Source: Nannocystales bacterium
GTDB lineage: Bacteria; Myxococcota_A; Polyangia; Nannocystales; Nannocystaceae
Direction: 5' to 3'
DNA length: 64,000 nucleotides
Assembly: GCA_050633305.1 (NCBI GenBank)
Contig: JBOEGF010000008.1
Location: forward strand, 128,001 to 192,000
This document shows, one piece after another, positions 10,463 through 19,764 of the stretch. The number at the start of each line of letters is the position of its first letter. Positions within the stretch are counted from its first letter, which is position 1. A program made the position numbers and the translations under genes. The notes under the pieces were generated by a model. The model did not search any database. It saw only the letters and a program-made list of their open reading frames with translations, and had not been told where the DNA came from.

Positions 10463-11725
10463 GTGAAGTTTGATGCGCTGGGCCTGTGTGCCCCTATTCT
10501 CCGCGCCGTGACGGACGCTGGCTACACCGAGCCGACGCCCATTCAGCAGGACGCGATCCCCCCAGCGCTACAGGGCCGAGACGTCTTGGGTTGTGCGCAA
10601 ACCGGCACCGGCAAGACCGCCGCATTCTCCCTTCCCCTCCTTCAGCGGGTCGACCAGCTCGCCGGCGACGACCCCTGCGTCCGCGCCCTGGTGGTCACGC
10701 CCACCCGAGAGCTCGCAGCCCAGATCGGCGAGAGCATCGCGACCTATGGCAAGCACCTGGGCGACCTGTGGCACACCGTCATCTTCGGTGGGGTCAACGA
10801 GAAGGCCCAGATCAAGGAGCTCAAGCGCGGGGTCGACGTCATCGTCGCAACGCCCGGCCGCTTGCTCGACCTGATGAATCGCGGGTTCGTGGACCTCAGC
10901 AGCATCAACGTGTTCGTGCTCGACGAAGCCGACCGGATGCTCGACATGGGCTTCCTGCCCGACGTGAAGCGCATCGTCGCCAAGCTTCCCAAGAAGCGGC
11001 AGACGCTGTTCTTCTCGGCAACCATGCCTCCGGAGATTCGCGAGCTTGCCGAGAGCATGCTGCACGACCCCGTGTCGGTCGCCGTTGCCCCGGTGTCCTC
11101 CACCGCCGAGCGCATCGAGCAGCATCTGTACTTCGTCGACAAGTCGAACAAGCGCTCGCTGCTCGCGGAGCTGCTCTCCGACGGAAACATCAAGCGCGCC
11201 CTCGTGTTCAGCCGGACGAAGCACGGAGCGAACCGGATCGCGCAGTTCCTCGAAAAGCGCAACGTCGCCTCGGCCGCGATCCACGGGAACAAGAGCCAGG
11301 GCGCTCGGACCCGGGCTCTCGAAGGCTTCAAGAACGGCAACCTGCGTGTCCTTGTGGCCACCGACATCGCCGCCCGTGGCATCGACGTCGATGGCGTCTC
11401 GCACGTGATCAACTTCGATCTGCCCAACATCCCCGAGACCTACGTGCACCGCATCGGTCGTACGGCACGGGCCGGCAACTCCGGTATCGCCCTGTCCTTC
11501 TGTGAAGAGGAAGAGCGCGAGTACCTTGTCGACATCGAGCGGCTCATCAAGCGCCACATCCAGCGCATCGAAAGCCACGGGTTTGTCGCAAGCCAACCCG
11601 CTCCTCCGATGACCGACCTCGAGGGGCGCGGAAAGTCCGGAGGGTCGAACTCCGGCCGACGGAAGAGTGGCAGCCGGGGTCGAGGACGCGGGCGCGGTCG
11701 CGGCCGATCATCGGCGTCGCGCTGA
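10463..11725 (+). CDS. rhlE: DEAD-box RNA helicase, RhlE-like
   Basis: Q motif, [21 protein letters not shown] and HRIGRTAR motifs; RG-rich tail. Confidence 0.92.
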   Translation: MKFDALGLCAPILRAVTDAGYTEPTPIQQDAIPPALQGRDVLGCAQTGTGKTAAFSLPLLQRVDQLAGDDPCVRALVVTPTRELAAQIGESIATYGKHLGDLWHTVIFGGVNEKAQIKELKRGVDVIVATPGRLLDLMNRGFVDLSSINVFVLDEADRMLDMGFLPDVKRIVAKLPKKRQTLFFSATMPPEIRELAESMLHDPVSVAVAPVSSTAERIEQHLYFVDKSNKRSLLAELLSDGNIKRALVFSRTKHGANRIAQFLEKRNVASAAIHGNKSQGARTRALEGFKNGNLRVLVATDIAARGIDVDGVSHVINFDLPNIPETYVHRIGRTARAGNSGIALSFCEEEEREYLVDIERLIKRHIQRIESHGFVASQPAPPMTDLEGRGKSGGSNSGRRKSGSRGRGRGRGRGRSSASR

Positions 11726-11848
11726 ACCGGGGCACGCGACGAATCGAGCCGCGGGGTCTCGTGGGCTTGGCCCGCTCCTCGAAGGGAGGCTCCGGCGACC
11801 TCGCACCTCGCCCCAGACACCACGCCGCAGCGGGTGGACCCGAGCGCT

Positions 11849-13153
11849 TCACTCAACGGGCATACGTGCGCCGAGGCTGGCCTTCGCAGCGGCACTTCGG
11901 GGGATCGCGTCAACCGCAACACCGCCCGCCAACACCGATGGCGTGCCGTCCGAGAGATCGACCCACGCCAGTGCCAACTCGGATCCAACGCGCTCCAGGT
12001 GAGGGAAACCGGCGCGGCGCGACGCCTCGGTCGACGCGACTCGCAGGGGCTCCGAGCGTTCCCCGGAGCGGTTCACGCGGCGGATCCGAATCTCGGCGGC
12101 CTTCTCGACCGCCTCGATCCACACCACCGCCACGGAGTCATCGTCCAGCCAAACGAGGTCGACTCTTCCCAGGGGGTTGCCATCGTCTACTGCGACAGGC
12201 CGCGAGAACGGGCGGTTCCCATCCGCGAAGGCGACATGGACAGCCCCCACTTTCGTCGCGCCGGAGAACCACGCGACGGCAAGCGCCTCGCCCCGCGCCG
12301 ACACCGATGGACCGTTGACCGGGCACCCGTCGATGCGCCAGTCATCAACCCCTACCCGGCGCCGCTGCTCGGGCCCAGGTCCGGCGAGCCAGATGTCTCG
12401 GACTTCATTCTCGTCGCGGTCTCGGTACGCGACAACTGGACCCCGGGGGGTTGCACTCGCGGCGGTTTGACAGCAGTCGCACACGCGCTCGTCCACGACC
12501 CGGCGGTCGATGATCCCGGACTCCGACACCGTCGCCGACCAGAGCTGCACGGCCCCGCCGTGGCTCGTCGTCGATGCCCTGCCGTCCAACCAGAATGCAG
12601 TGGTCGTGCCGCTGGGGTCGGCCGCCCATGAGATGAATCCGAACTCCGGGCCCTCCAAAGCGTCCGAGACGGGACCCGGTTCGACCCAAGAGCCATCGGG
12701 GCGGGTCCGAGACCATTGCAGGTCGTAGCCATGCTCATCGCGTCGCTGCGGCCAGGCCGCGATCCAACCGTACGAAGTGGGCACCACGCTTGGCAGGTCC
12801 GCCCAGTTCTGGAGGAGCTCGGGGTTGGAGACGACGGTCTTCGTGGGTCCCTCATGTCCCCATTGCCGGGCACGAAGGCGGTGCCCCTGGCCATCCGGCT
12901 CCAGCCAGCTCAGCACCGCGCCGGAAGCACCCGCCGTCAAGCGGGGCGAGCCGGCGCCCGGTCGGGTGTCGAGAAACACCGGCTTCATCGGGAGCTGGCC
13001 GATGCCCGGGGCTTCAGCCTCGACCACGGGAGCTTCCGCGGGCGCGGGTGCCTCTTCCTTCGCACAGCCGACAGGAGTCAGAGCCACCGCGAGCACAAAG
13101 CAGATTGCAGGGCAGCTCGAGGACACCCCCGTAGGGTGGCACAGGCGCGACAT
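11849..13153 (-). CDS. Lipoprotein with sialidase/BNR-like beta-propeller
   Basis: Lipobox PVGC; NWADLP, CDCCQT, YRDRD..EVRDI and GCPVNGP motifs; ATG 5 nt after the upstream stop. Confidence 0.7.
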   Translation of the reverse strand: MSRLCHPTGVSSSCPAICFVLAVALTPVGCAKEEAPAPAEAPVVEAEAPGIGQLPMKPVFLDTRPGAGSPRLTAGASGAVLSWLEPDGQGHRLRARQWGHEGPTKTVVSNPELLQNWADLPSVVPTSYGWIAAWPQRRDEHGYDLQWSRTRPDGSWVEPGPVSDALEGPEFGFISWAADPSGTTTAFWLDGRASTTSHGGAVQLWSATVSESGIIDRRVVDERVCDCCQTAASATPRGPVVAYRDRDENEVRDIWLAGPGPEQRRRVGVDDWRIDGCPVNGPSVSARGEALAVAWFSGATKVGAVHVAFADGNRPFSRPVAVDDGNPLGRVDLVWLDDDSVAVVWIEAVEKAAEIRIRRVNRSGERSEPLRVASTEASRRAGFPHLERVGSELALAWVDLSDGTPSVLAGGVAVDAIPRSAAAKASLGARMPVE

Positions 13154-13158
13154 GACAT

Positions 13159-16100
13159 TCACCCCGGAACGGGAACACCCAACGTCGTGCAGATCGACTC
13201 CAGGACGTCGCTTCTCCGACTCGCCCACGTTGCAGCGTCCACGTGCAGCACGGTCCATCCCCGGAGCCGGAGGACCGCAGGACGATGCACGAACTGCTCA
13301 AAGGCCGAAGCACCCACCGCCCCCTCGTCGGTCATGACCGCGAGCGTGTAGGCTTCCTCGCCGGACTTCCCGACCGCCAACGGGATGCGGAAGTCCGAGG
13401 TTCCCATGTGCAGGGCGCAGCGCAGGCCCGTGGACTCGAGCGCCAACATCACCTGACTCGCCAGGGGCAGATGGCCGTCGAGCTTGGACCCAACCGCGAG
13501 CGCCTCCGCGGCAGCACGAGGTGTTCCGCGCACACCATCGAGAATACGCTCGGCAACCTCGAACCGGCGCTTGGACAGGGCGTGCGCATAGTCGAGGTAT
13601 CCCTTGAACAGCCGTGGACCTGTGTGCATCGAGTTGCCAACACGCAGCAACGCGGGGTCGAAGGAGGACACCACGTAGCACTCCGCCTTGGCTCGCGAGA
13701 TCGCGACGTTGAGCCGCCGCTCTCCGCCGCGCTGCCCCAGCGGGCCGAACCGAGCCGGCACATACAGCTCGCCCTCCCCCCCGCGACGTTTGCGATGCAC
13801 GGGGGCGTGGCCCAGGGAGAACACGATGACGTCGCGCTCGTCGCCCTGGACCGACTCCAGGTTCTTCACAAACGGGCGCTCGTCCAGCTCCTCGTGGGTG
13901 CTCGCCGTCTGCCACAGTCCCGCGAAGGTATCGTCATCGTCGAGTCGGGACTCGATCTGGTCGAGGATCGCAGCGCGCTGCTTGAGGTTGAACGTCACCA
14001 CGCCCACGCTCGGCGGCTTCGGCCGCCCGAGTAGCTCCGCGAGCAGCTCGACCACGCGCGAGGCCTCCACATGGTTGACCCCGCTGTCGTACGCGCCGCC
14101 CTCGACAGGAAGCCAACGCAGCGCCGACTCACCATGGGGTCCTGACGTGGAAGGGATGGTGAGGAGGTCCCCTTCGTACATCGCGTGGTTGGAGAACGCG
14201 ATCAGCTCCTCCTCGCGGCAACGGTAGTGCCACTTCAGGCCAGCGTGTGGACACCGATTGCGGGTGAGCGAGAGCAGCGACTCGGCGGCGAACATGTCCC
14301 GGGTCTGGGCCTGCGCTTCGGTCAGGTCGTCGTCCTCGGTGCTGCTCGAGCTCGCCTTGAAATACGAGGTCGGCGGCATCTGCTTCTCATCGCCCGCAAC
14401 AACAACCTGTTTGGCTCGGAGAAACACCGGCAGCCCAGATTCGACCGTGCACTGCGACGCTTCGTCGAAGATCACCAAGTCGAACAGCGGTGCCCTCGGA
14501 AAGAGCACCGTCATCGTCTCCGGCGAAACCAGCCAGCACGGGAGGACGTCGAGGATTCCGTCGTCCGCGAAGTCGCGCACGAGTTGCCGAAGCGGCATCA
14601 AGCTGCGTGACTTGGACGTCTCCTTGAGGAGCGACTCCTTGACCTTCTGCTCCGGCGTTCGGCGAGCGCGGTACTCGGCGTCCGGGATGGACAGCAGGTC
14701 GGCCTGATCCAGCGTCGCATTGATGCCCTGAACCTCGAGATCCGCGATGTCGCTCTCCAGCGTGGCGAGCTTGCCGATCGCTTCTTCGGCCCGCTGCCCC
14801 TGCGCCGGGCTGCCCAGGTCTCCCAGCGCAGGCAGAAACGCCTCGAGACGGCGCAGGTGGGCGTCGCCCCACGCCCGCGACAGCCCTTCGCGCCATGCCC
14901 TTGCGTCCTCGTCTGGGCTCGAGGTCCGCAGTGCATCGAGCCACACCCGGGCATCCGCGTGCACGATGTCGGTCTGGGCAAGCCAACCGTCTGCCTCACG
15001 CAGGCGATGCCCGTCGGCGCGAAGACGCGTGGCAAACGTCGGAAGGGCATCCAGCTCCAACGAGCCCAGGAAGGCAAACCGGGCGACCGCAGGGGCAAGC
15101 GCAGCCCGGACCTCGTCGTCCGCACGACGCTGTGCCTCGCGATGTTCCAGCATGATGCGAAGCGCTGCGAGCTGGGCGGCGTTGCTCGGCGGAGCCAGGC
15201 CAAGCACGCCAAGTGCTTCGGCGTGGATCCGCACGACCGTCACAGCCTCGGCCGAGGCCCGAAGCGTCTCGACGCTGGTCTGCGCGGCAGCGGCATCCTT
15301 GGGGGTCAGCTCCGGACGACCAAGGCCTTCGAACGCGTCGCGAAGCGCCTCCCAGGCCGTCGCCGCATCGATCCTCTGTTGTAGCTCCCCGAGGAAATTG
15401 GCGCTGAAGCCATCGGCCGCGCGTTCGGGCCAAACCTTCGGCAATGCATCCCGGACCTCGCCTCGTGTCCGCCACCACAGCGGGGAGAAGAACCGAACCA
15501 GTCGCCCGGCAAAGCTACGAAGCACCGCCACGTTGCGGGTGAACGCGTCGGTTGGAAGTGCCAACGGCGTGCCATGGGTCGCGAGCGCCGTCGATTCCGC
15601 CGACCATGCCGACGTCACCGCTTCAACGTCGAGGGAAGCGCCCGACCACACGGCGCACACCAGCGCCTCCGCTTGCTCGGCGAGCTCGAGCAGTGTGCGT
15701 ACAGCCGCGATTCCGTCGGCGGCCATGTGCAGCGTCGCGACAGGCACCGGGTGTTGTTCCCGCAACGGCCTGGACGTCTCCGCGCGCGCGACCGAGTCCG
15801 CCGTGACGCGCTGCAGAACAGCCAAGTCCTCATCGCCGAGGTCTGCCAGGCTCGAACGCTCGCCCTGGCACCGCCACCACCCGGCCGGGTCCCAGAGTTC
15901 GCCGTAGGGGTGCAAGCGCTCGACCAGTTCCAGCAGGCGGGTGAGGCCCTCCCGCGGGAGGTCCACGAGCGAGGGAGCCTTCATTGGAGGGTCTCCCCCT
16001 GCGAGCAGGGCCAGCAGCTCGCCGACACACAGCCCCACCTGTGGGTCTACATGCGCAAGCGTGCTGCGGCGGGTCTCGAGTGTCGTTCTGGCCCGCTCGT

Positions 16101-18876
16101 GGTCGGCCTGCAACACATCGGCTCGGGTCCGGTTGTGTTTGCGGGGCTTGAAGTCCTTGAGGCGGGCCGAGATCTTCGTGAACAACGCCTTGCGGTCGTC
16201 GCCGACGTCGTGGACGAGCGCGACGGCATCGTCGACTCCAACCCCTGCGAGGCGTTGCTGCACGACATCGAGCGCTGCCCGTTTCTCCGCAACAACGGCG
16301 ACCCGCGCTCCACGACGAAGCGCATCGGCCACCATGTTGACGATGAGCTGGCTCTTCCCGGTCCCCGGCGGTCCATCCACCACAGTGACCAGGTTCTTGG
16401 CGCACGCTGACGCGACGGCGCGCTGACTGGGGTCCGAAGGCAGCACGGGCCACCCTGGAACATGCTCGGGGATCGCAGGAGACGCGTCGCTTCGCAGACC
16501 CGCGGGGAGGAGCCCAAACCCGGCCGAGAGCACCTCGGCGAGCGGACGCGCTCCCTCCTCCAGTTCGCGAAGGAGCGCGTCGTAGTCATGCAGGAGCTCC
16601 GAACTCGACTGCGGGAACAAGCCCAGCACCGCGCACTCTTCCACGATCAGCAGCGCGTCGTCTCCGTCCAGCACATCGTCGCGGTCACGGAACGCACCGA
16701 GTGTTGTCCCCTCCACGCCAATCGAGACCCCAACCGCGCGAAGGCGGTCGATCAGCGCGGGCACATCCCCGGCGAGACCGTCGAGCTCTCGGGCGAGGTC
16801 GTCGGGAAGCGCGAGTCCGGCCTTGTCGAATAAGAGCCGCAGCAACGCCCCGTTCGCGACGGCCTCCTGGTCTTCGCGCGGCTCCAGCGAGAAGCCACGA
16901 GCGCCCCGCCCATCGCGTTCGAGCCGCACGGGACGAAGCACCAACGGCCCGCGCACGCCGTACGACTCCCCGGGGTTCTCGGCGACCTCGACCCGACCGA
17001 GCAACACCGGGTAGCCGATGCACAGATCGTTGGCGCCCGTCTCCTCCCGAGCGTCGCGCGCCAGCCGGTCGAGTTGGCGGAGTTCGTCGGCACAAGCACC
17101 GGCCGCTTCCTGCCGCCCGGCGTCTTCGGGCGTCACCAAGACCGCGGTTTTCCCGGCCTGCACCAGCGCAAGCGCTCGTTCGGGGGTGCCCTTTCGAACG
17201 GCCTCCAAACGGAACAGGTCAAAGACCCGGCGGCTGCGTGTGACCGACCGCAGGCGCACCGACGGACTGCGACCGTCCCCGGAGATCAGCGTGTCGCGCA
17301 GGCGCGCCAACGCGGCCAGCAACGCTTGCCGGTCCGCGGGCAACGCGGGGTCTTCAGCCTCGACGGAAGCCACCCGAGTCCGGCTCCGGAGCGAGACCCG
17401 AGCATCCAGGGACACGGACGAGAGCGGCGGCACGACCTCGACCTCCCGTTGTTCCAAGAACCCCGCGACGCCCTGGAGCGCATGGTGGTCATCTTCTTCG
17501 GCCCCCATCAGCCGAAGCAACCGGCGCGGGGAGATCGCGGTTGACCCGGTCCGGTGCACGGCATCGGCCAACGCCCCCAGCGCGTCGCGAACCTCAGCCA
17601 TTCGCGCGGGGAGCGGGATGGAGGTCGGCAGCTCCTCCGCCGCATCGAGCTCAACCCCCTTGGCGGCCGCCACGGGACCGAGCCAAGTCCGAAATGCCTC
17701 GCCTGCTCCGAGCGCCTCTCCAAGCGCCAAGACCATTCGAAGCTCCCTGGGATCGACAACGTCATCCGCCCCGATGACATGCGAGACCAGCAAGAATAGG
17801 CGGCGTACCAGGTCCTCGCCGCCAGCCCGCACCAACCCGGCGGTCTCGTAGAACTGGGCATGGGCCGCCTCGGGCTCCAGCGATGCGGACCAGTCGGCCA
17901 CATGCGAGCCGAACGCATCCTCGAGTGCGGCCAGTTCCTCGTCCGAGACCTCCCCGTCCGCGCCCGCGACAAGGACGCCGCATGCCAATGCGCACTCGAA
18001 CACAAACGCGGGGAGCTCGGCTCGCTCGTCCTCGATGCGCAGCGACCCGCCCCCCGACACCGCGCTCAGCTTCGCGGAGATCTCAGCATCGATCTCTTCG
18101 AGTGGGCGACCTCCAGTGCCTCCGGTAGCGCTGTGGAACCGGTCACTCTGCGAGAAGTGCCACAGCGCCCAAACCCGCAGCGACGACGCGGGGACCTCGG
18201 TCTGCGTCCGCACATGCTCCTTGCACTGCTCGAGATACGCCCCGGTGTCGTCTCCGAGCGTCTCCCCGCGCAGTCCGGTGGCTGCGATCATCTCGAGCCG
18301 GAGCGCGGCGTGCAGGTCTTGGCACGCCAGCAAGCCAAACCGGTCTGCCGTGATCTCTCGGGCCAAGACCCCGCGCTGCGTGAGTGCGACCGTCTGCGGA
18401 TCGAGGAGCCCCCGCCGTCCCATCGTGACCGCGACGCACAGCGCATCACCGCCCGTGTCTTGGGGACCGTGGGCCAAACAGTGCCCAAGTTCGTGTCCGA
18501 ACAATGCCCTCGCCGCACCATCGTCGAGCAGCGCGAGAAGTCGTTCGGAGACCTCGAGCATCATCGGTTCGGCAACTCGATGCAACGCGAGGTTCTCGTG
18601 CGCATCAGCGCGGAGCAGCTCGTGCGAAGCGGCCAGCGCGAAGGTCTGCTTCACCTCTTCGATGCGTTGGTGCGCCGCAGGGGCCATCGAAAGAGGAATC
18701 CGTCGGCCTTCTGCGAGCAACCGTTGCCGGACGCGCTGCGGGTCCGAGGGCACAATCGCCCTGCGATGGGCTTCGTAATCCACGATCGTGGCCGCAAGAG
18801 CCTCGGCGATTTCCCGCTCGAGGCCGAAGCGGACACGATCTGCATCGAGGTCGACAAGGACCGCGCGAACGCTCAT
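13159..18876 (-). CDS. Multidomain protein: M48-like peptidase + TerB + DUF4011 + SF1 (AAA_11/AAA_12) helicase + Vsr/REase-like C-terminus
   Basis: HELGH...EITADR; ADGEVSDEE and ADDVVDPRE; REETGANDL; GPPGTGKS, DEASQ, GDEKQMPP, HYRC, VQGDERD, RRLNVAISRAK. Confidence 0.85.
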   Translation of the reverse strand: MSVRAVLVDLDADRVRFGLEREIAEALAATIVDYEAHRRAIVPSDPQRVRQRLLAEGRRIPLSMAPAAHQRIEEVKQTFALAASHELLRADAHENLALHRVAEPMMLEVSERLLALLDDGAARALFGHELGHCLAHGPQDTGGDALCVAVTMGRRGLLDPQTVALTQRGVLAREITADRFGLLACQDLHAALRLEMIAATGLRGETLGDDTGAYLEQCKEHVRTQTEVPASSLRVWALWHFSQSDRFHSATGGTGGRPLEEIDAEISAKLSAVSGGGSLRIEDERAELPAFVFECALACGVLVAGADGEVSDEELAALEDAFGSHVADWSASLEPEAAHAQFYETAGLVRAGGEDLVRRLFLLVSHVIGADDVVDPRELRMVLALGEALGAGEAFRTWLGPVAAAKGVELDAAEELPTSIPLPARMAEVRDALGALADAVHRTGSTAISPRRLLRLMGAEEDDHHALQGVAGFLEQREVEVVPPLSSVSLDARVSLRSRTRVASVEAEDPALPADRQALLAALARLRDTLISGDGRSPSVRLRSVTRSRRVFDLFRLEAVRKGTPERALALVQAGKTAVLVTPEDAGRQEAAGACADELRQLDRLARDAREETGANDLCIGYPVLLGRVEVAENPGESYGVRGPLVLRPVRLERDGRGARGFSLEPREDQEAVANGALLRLLFDKAGLALPDDLARELDGLAGDVPALIDRLRAVGVSIGVEGTTLGAFRDRDDVLDGDDALLIVEECAVLGLFPQSSSELLHDYDALLRELEEGARPLAEVLSAGFGLLPAGLRSDASPAIPEHVPGWPVLPSDPSQRAVASACAKNLVTVVDGPPGTGKSQLIVNMVADALRRGARVAVVAEKRAALDVVQQRLAGVGVDDAVALVHDVGDDRKALFTKISARLKDFKPRKHNRTRADVLQADHERARTTLETRRSTLAHVDPQVGLCVGELLALLAGGDPPMKAPSLVDLPREGLTRLLELVERLHPYGELWDPAGWWRCQGERSSLADLGDEDLAVLQRVTADSVARAETSRPLREQHPVPVATLHMAADGIAAVRTLLELAEQAEALVCAVWSGASLDVEAVTSAWSAESTALATHGTPLALPTDAFTRNVAVLRSFAGRLVRFFSPLWWRTRGEVRDALPKVWPERAADGFSANFLGELQQRIDAATAWEALRDAFEGLGRPELTPKDAAAAQTSVETLRASAEAVTVVRIHAEALGVLGLAPPSNAAQLAALRIMLEHREAQRRADDEVRAALAPAVARFAFLGSLELDALPTFATRLRADGHRLREADGWLAQTDIVHADARVWLDALRTSSPDEDARAWREGLSRAWGDAHLRRLEAFLPALGDLGSPAQGQRAEEAIGKLATLESDIADLEVQGINATLDQADLLSIPDAEYRARRTPEQKVKESLLKETSKSRSLMPLRQLVRDFADDGILDVLPCWLVSPETMTVLFPRAPLFDLVIFDEASQCTVESGLPVFLRAKQVVVAGDEKQMPPTSYFKASSSSTEDDDLTEAQAQTRDMFAAESLLSLTRNRCPHAGLKWHYRCREEELIAFSNHAMYEGDLLTIPSTSGPHGESALRWLPVEGGAYDSGVNHVEASRVVELLAELLGRPKPPSVGVVTFNLKQRAAILDQIESRLDDDDTFAGLWQTASTHEELDERPFVKNLESVQGDERDVIVFSLGHAPVHRKRRGGEGELYVPARFGPLGQRGGERRLNVAISRAKAECYVVSSFDPALLRVGNSMHTGPRLFKGYLDYAHALSKRRFEVAERILDGVRGTPRAAAEALAVGSKLDGHLPLASQVMLALESTGLRCALHMGTSDFRIPLAVGKSGEEAYTLAVMTDEGAVGASAFEQFVHRPAVLRLRGWTVLHVDAATWASRRSDVLESICTTLGVPVPG

Positions 18877-18891
18877 CGAGCGCAGCGTACG

Positions 18892-19686
18892 TCACAGCGG
18901 GCCGCGCATGTGCACGAACCGAAATGGGACCCGCGCCCCTGCCTCGACCAGTCGCTGCGTGAAAGCGTCGACGTCTTCACTCACGACGCCCATCTCGGGT
19001 CCCGTCGCGTGCGCCCGCAGGGCGTGCAGCAGCGCGGTCGCGACCTCGACCGACTCCGCTCGGAACGGGAACGATCCCTGCCGCGCCAGGTCAAAGGTCG
19101 CGACGCCGCAGGGCATTGACCCGTCGACGAGGACCGCACGAACGAGCCCTGTGGGGCGGGACCGCACCGAGGCAAGCTGCCCCATCGGAAGCTCGAAGCG
19201 TTCCTCGAGCAGCGCGATCTGTTCCGGGTCCGGGTCGATGACCCCCGGGGTCCCCGACGCCGCGGGCAGCGAGTCGACAAGCGCCGGAGGAAACCGCAGC
19301 GAAGTACACGGGTGGTGAACCTCCAACCCCATAGATGCATAAAGCCCGAGCGCCGCAGTGTTGTCGTCCCGCACGTTGAGACGCCAGCTCGAGCAACCGG
19401 CACCCCGCATCTGCGACACGACACGATGCACCAAAGATCGCCCGGCACCGGTCCGCCGCGCCTGCGGGTCGACGACGAGATGCCGAATGTATCCGTCGTC
19501 TCCGAAGACCTGGGCGAAGCAGTACCCAACCGGCTGCCCTTGGGACTCGGCGATGGTGCTCAGCGGCGCAAGTTCGTCTCGCCATCGCTCCGGGGAGGGG
19601 GTCGGGTCCCCCGACTCCAACATGGGAAACCACCGCTCGAAACACGGGTAGTCGGAAGGCCGCCCGGGGCGCAGATGAATCCCCAT
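18892..19686 (-). CDS. GNAT-family N-acetyltransferase
   Basis: LVVDPQARRTGAGRSL acetyl-CoA motif and NTAALGLY; start set at ATG 19686. Confidence 0.85.
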   Translation of the reverse strand: MGIHLRPGRPSDYPCFERWFPMLESGDPTPSPERWRDELAPLSTIAESQGQPVGYCFAQVFGDDGYIRHLVVDPQARRTGAGRSLVHRVVSQMRGAGCSSWRLNVRDDNTAALGLYASMGLEVHHPCTSLRFPPALVDSLPAASGTPGVIDPDPEQIALLEERFELPMGQLASVRSRPTGLVRAVLVDGSMPCGVATFDLARQGSFPFRAESVEVATALLHALRAHATGPEMGVVSEDVDAFTQRLVEAGARVPFRFVHMRGPL

Positions 19687-19764
19687 CGTTCGAGGATACG
19701 CCTCTACGGCGGAGTCCTCGACCCCGGCCACATGGCCCGGGCCCCGGGCTGGTAGAGTCCGTGT

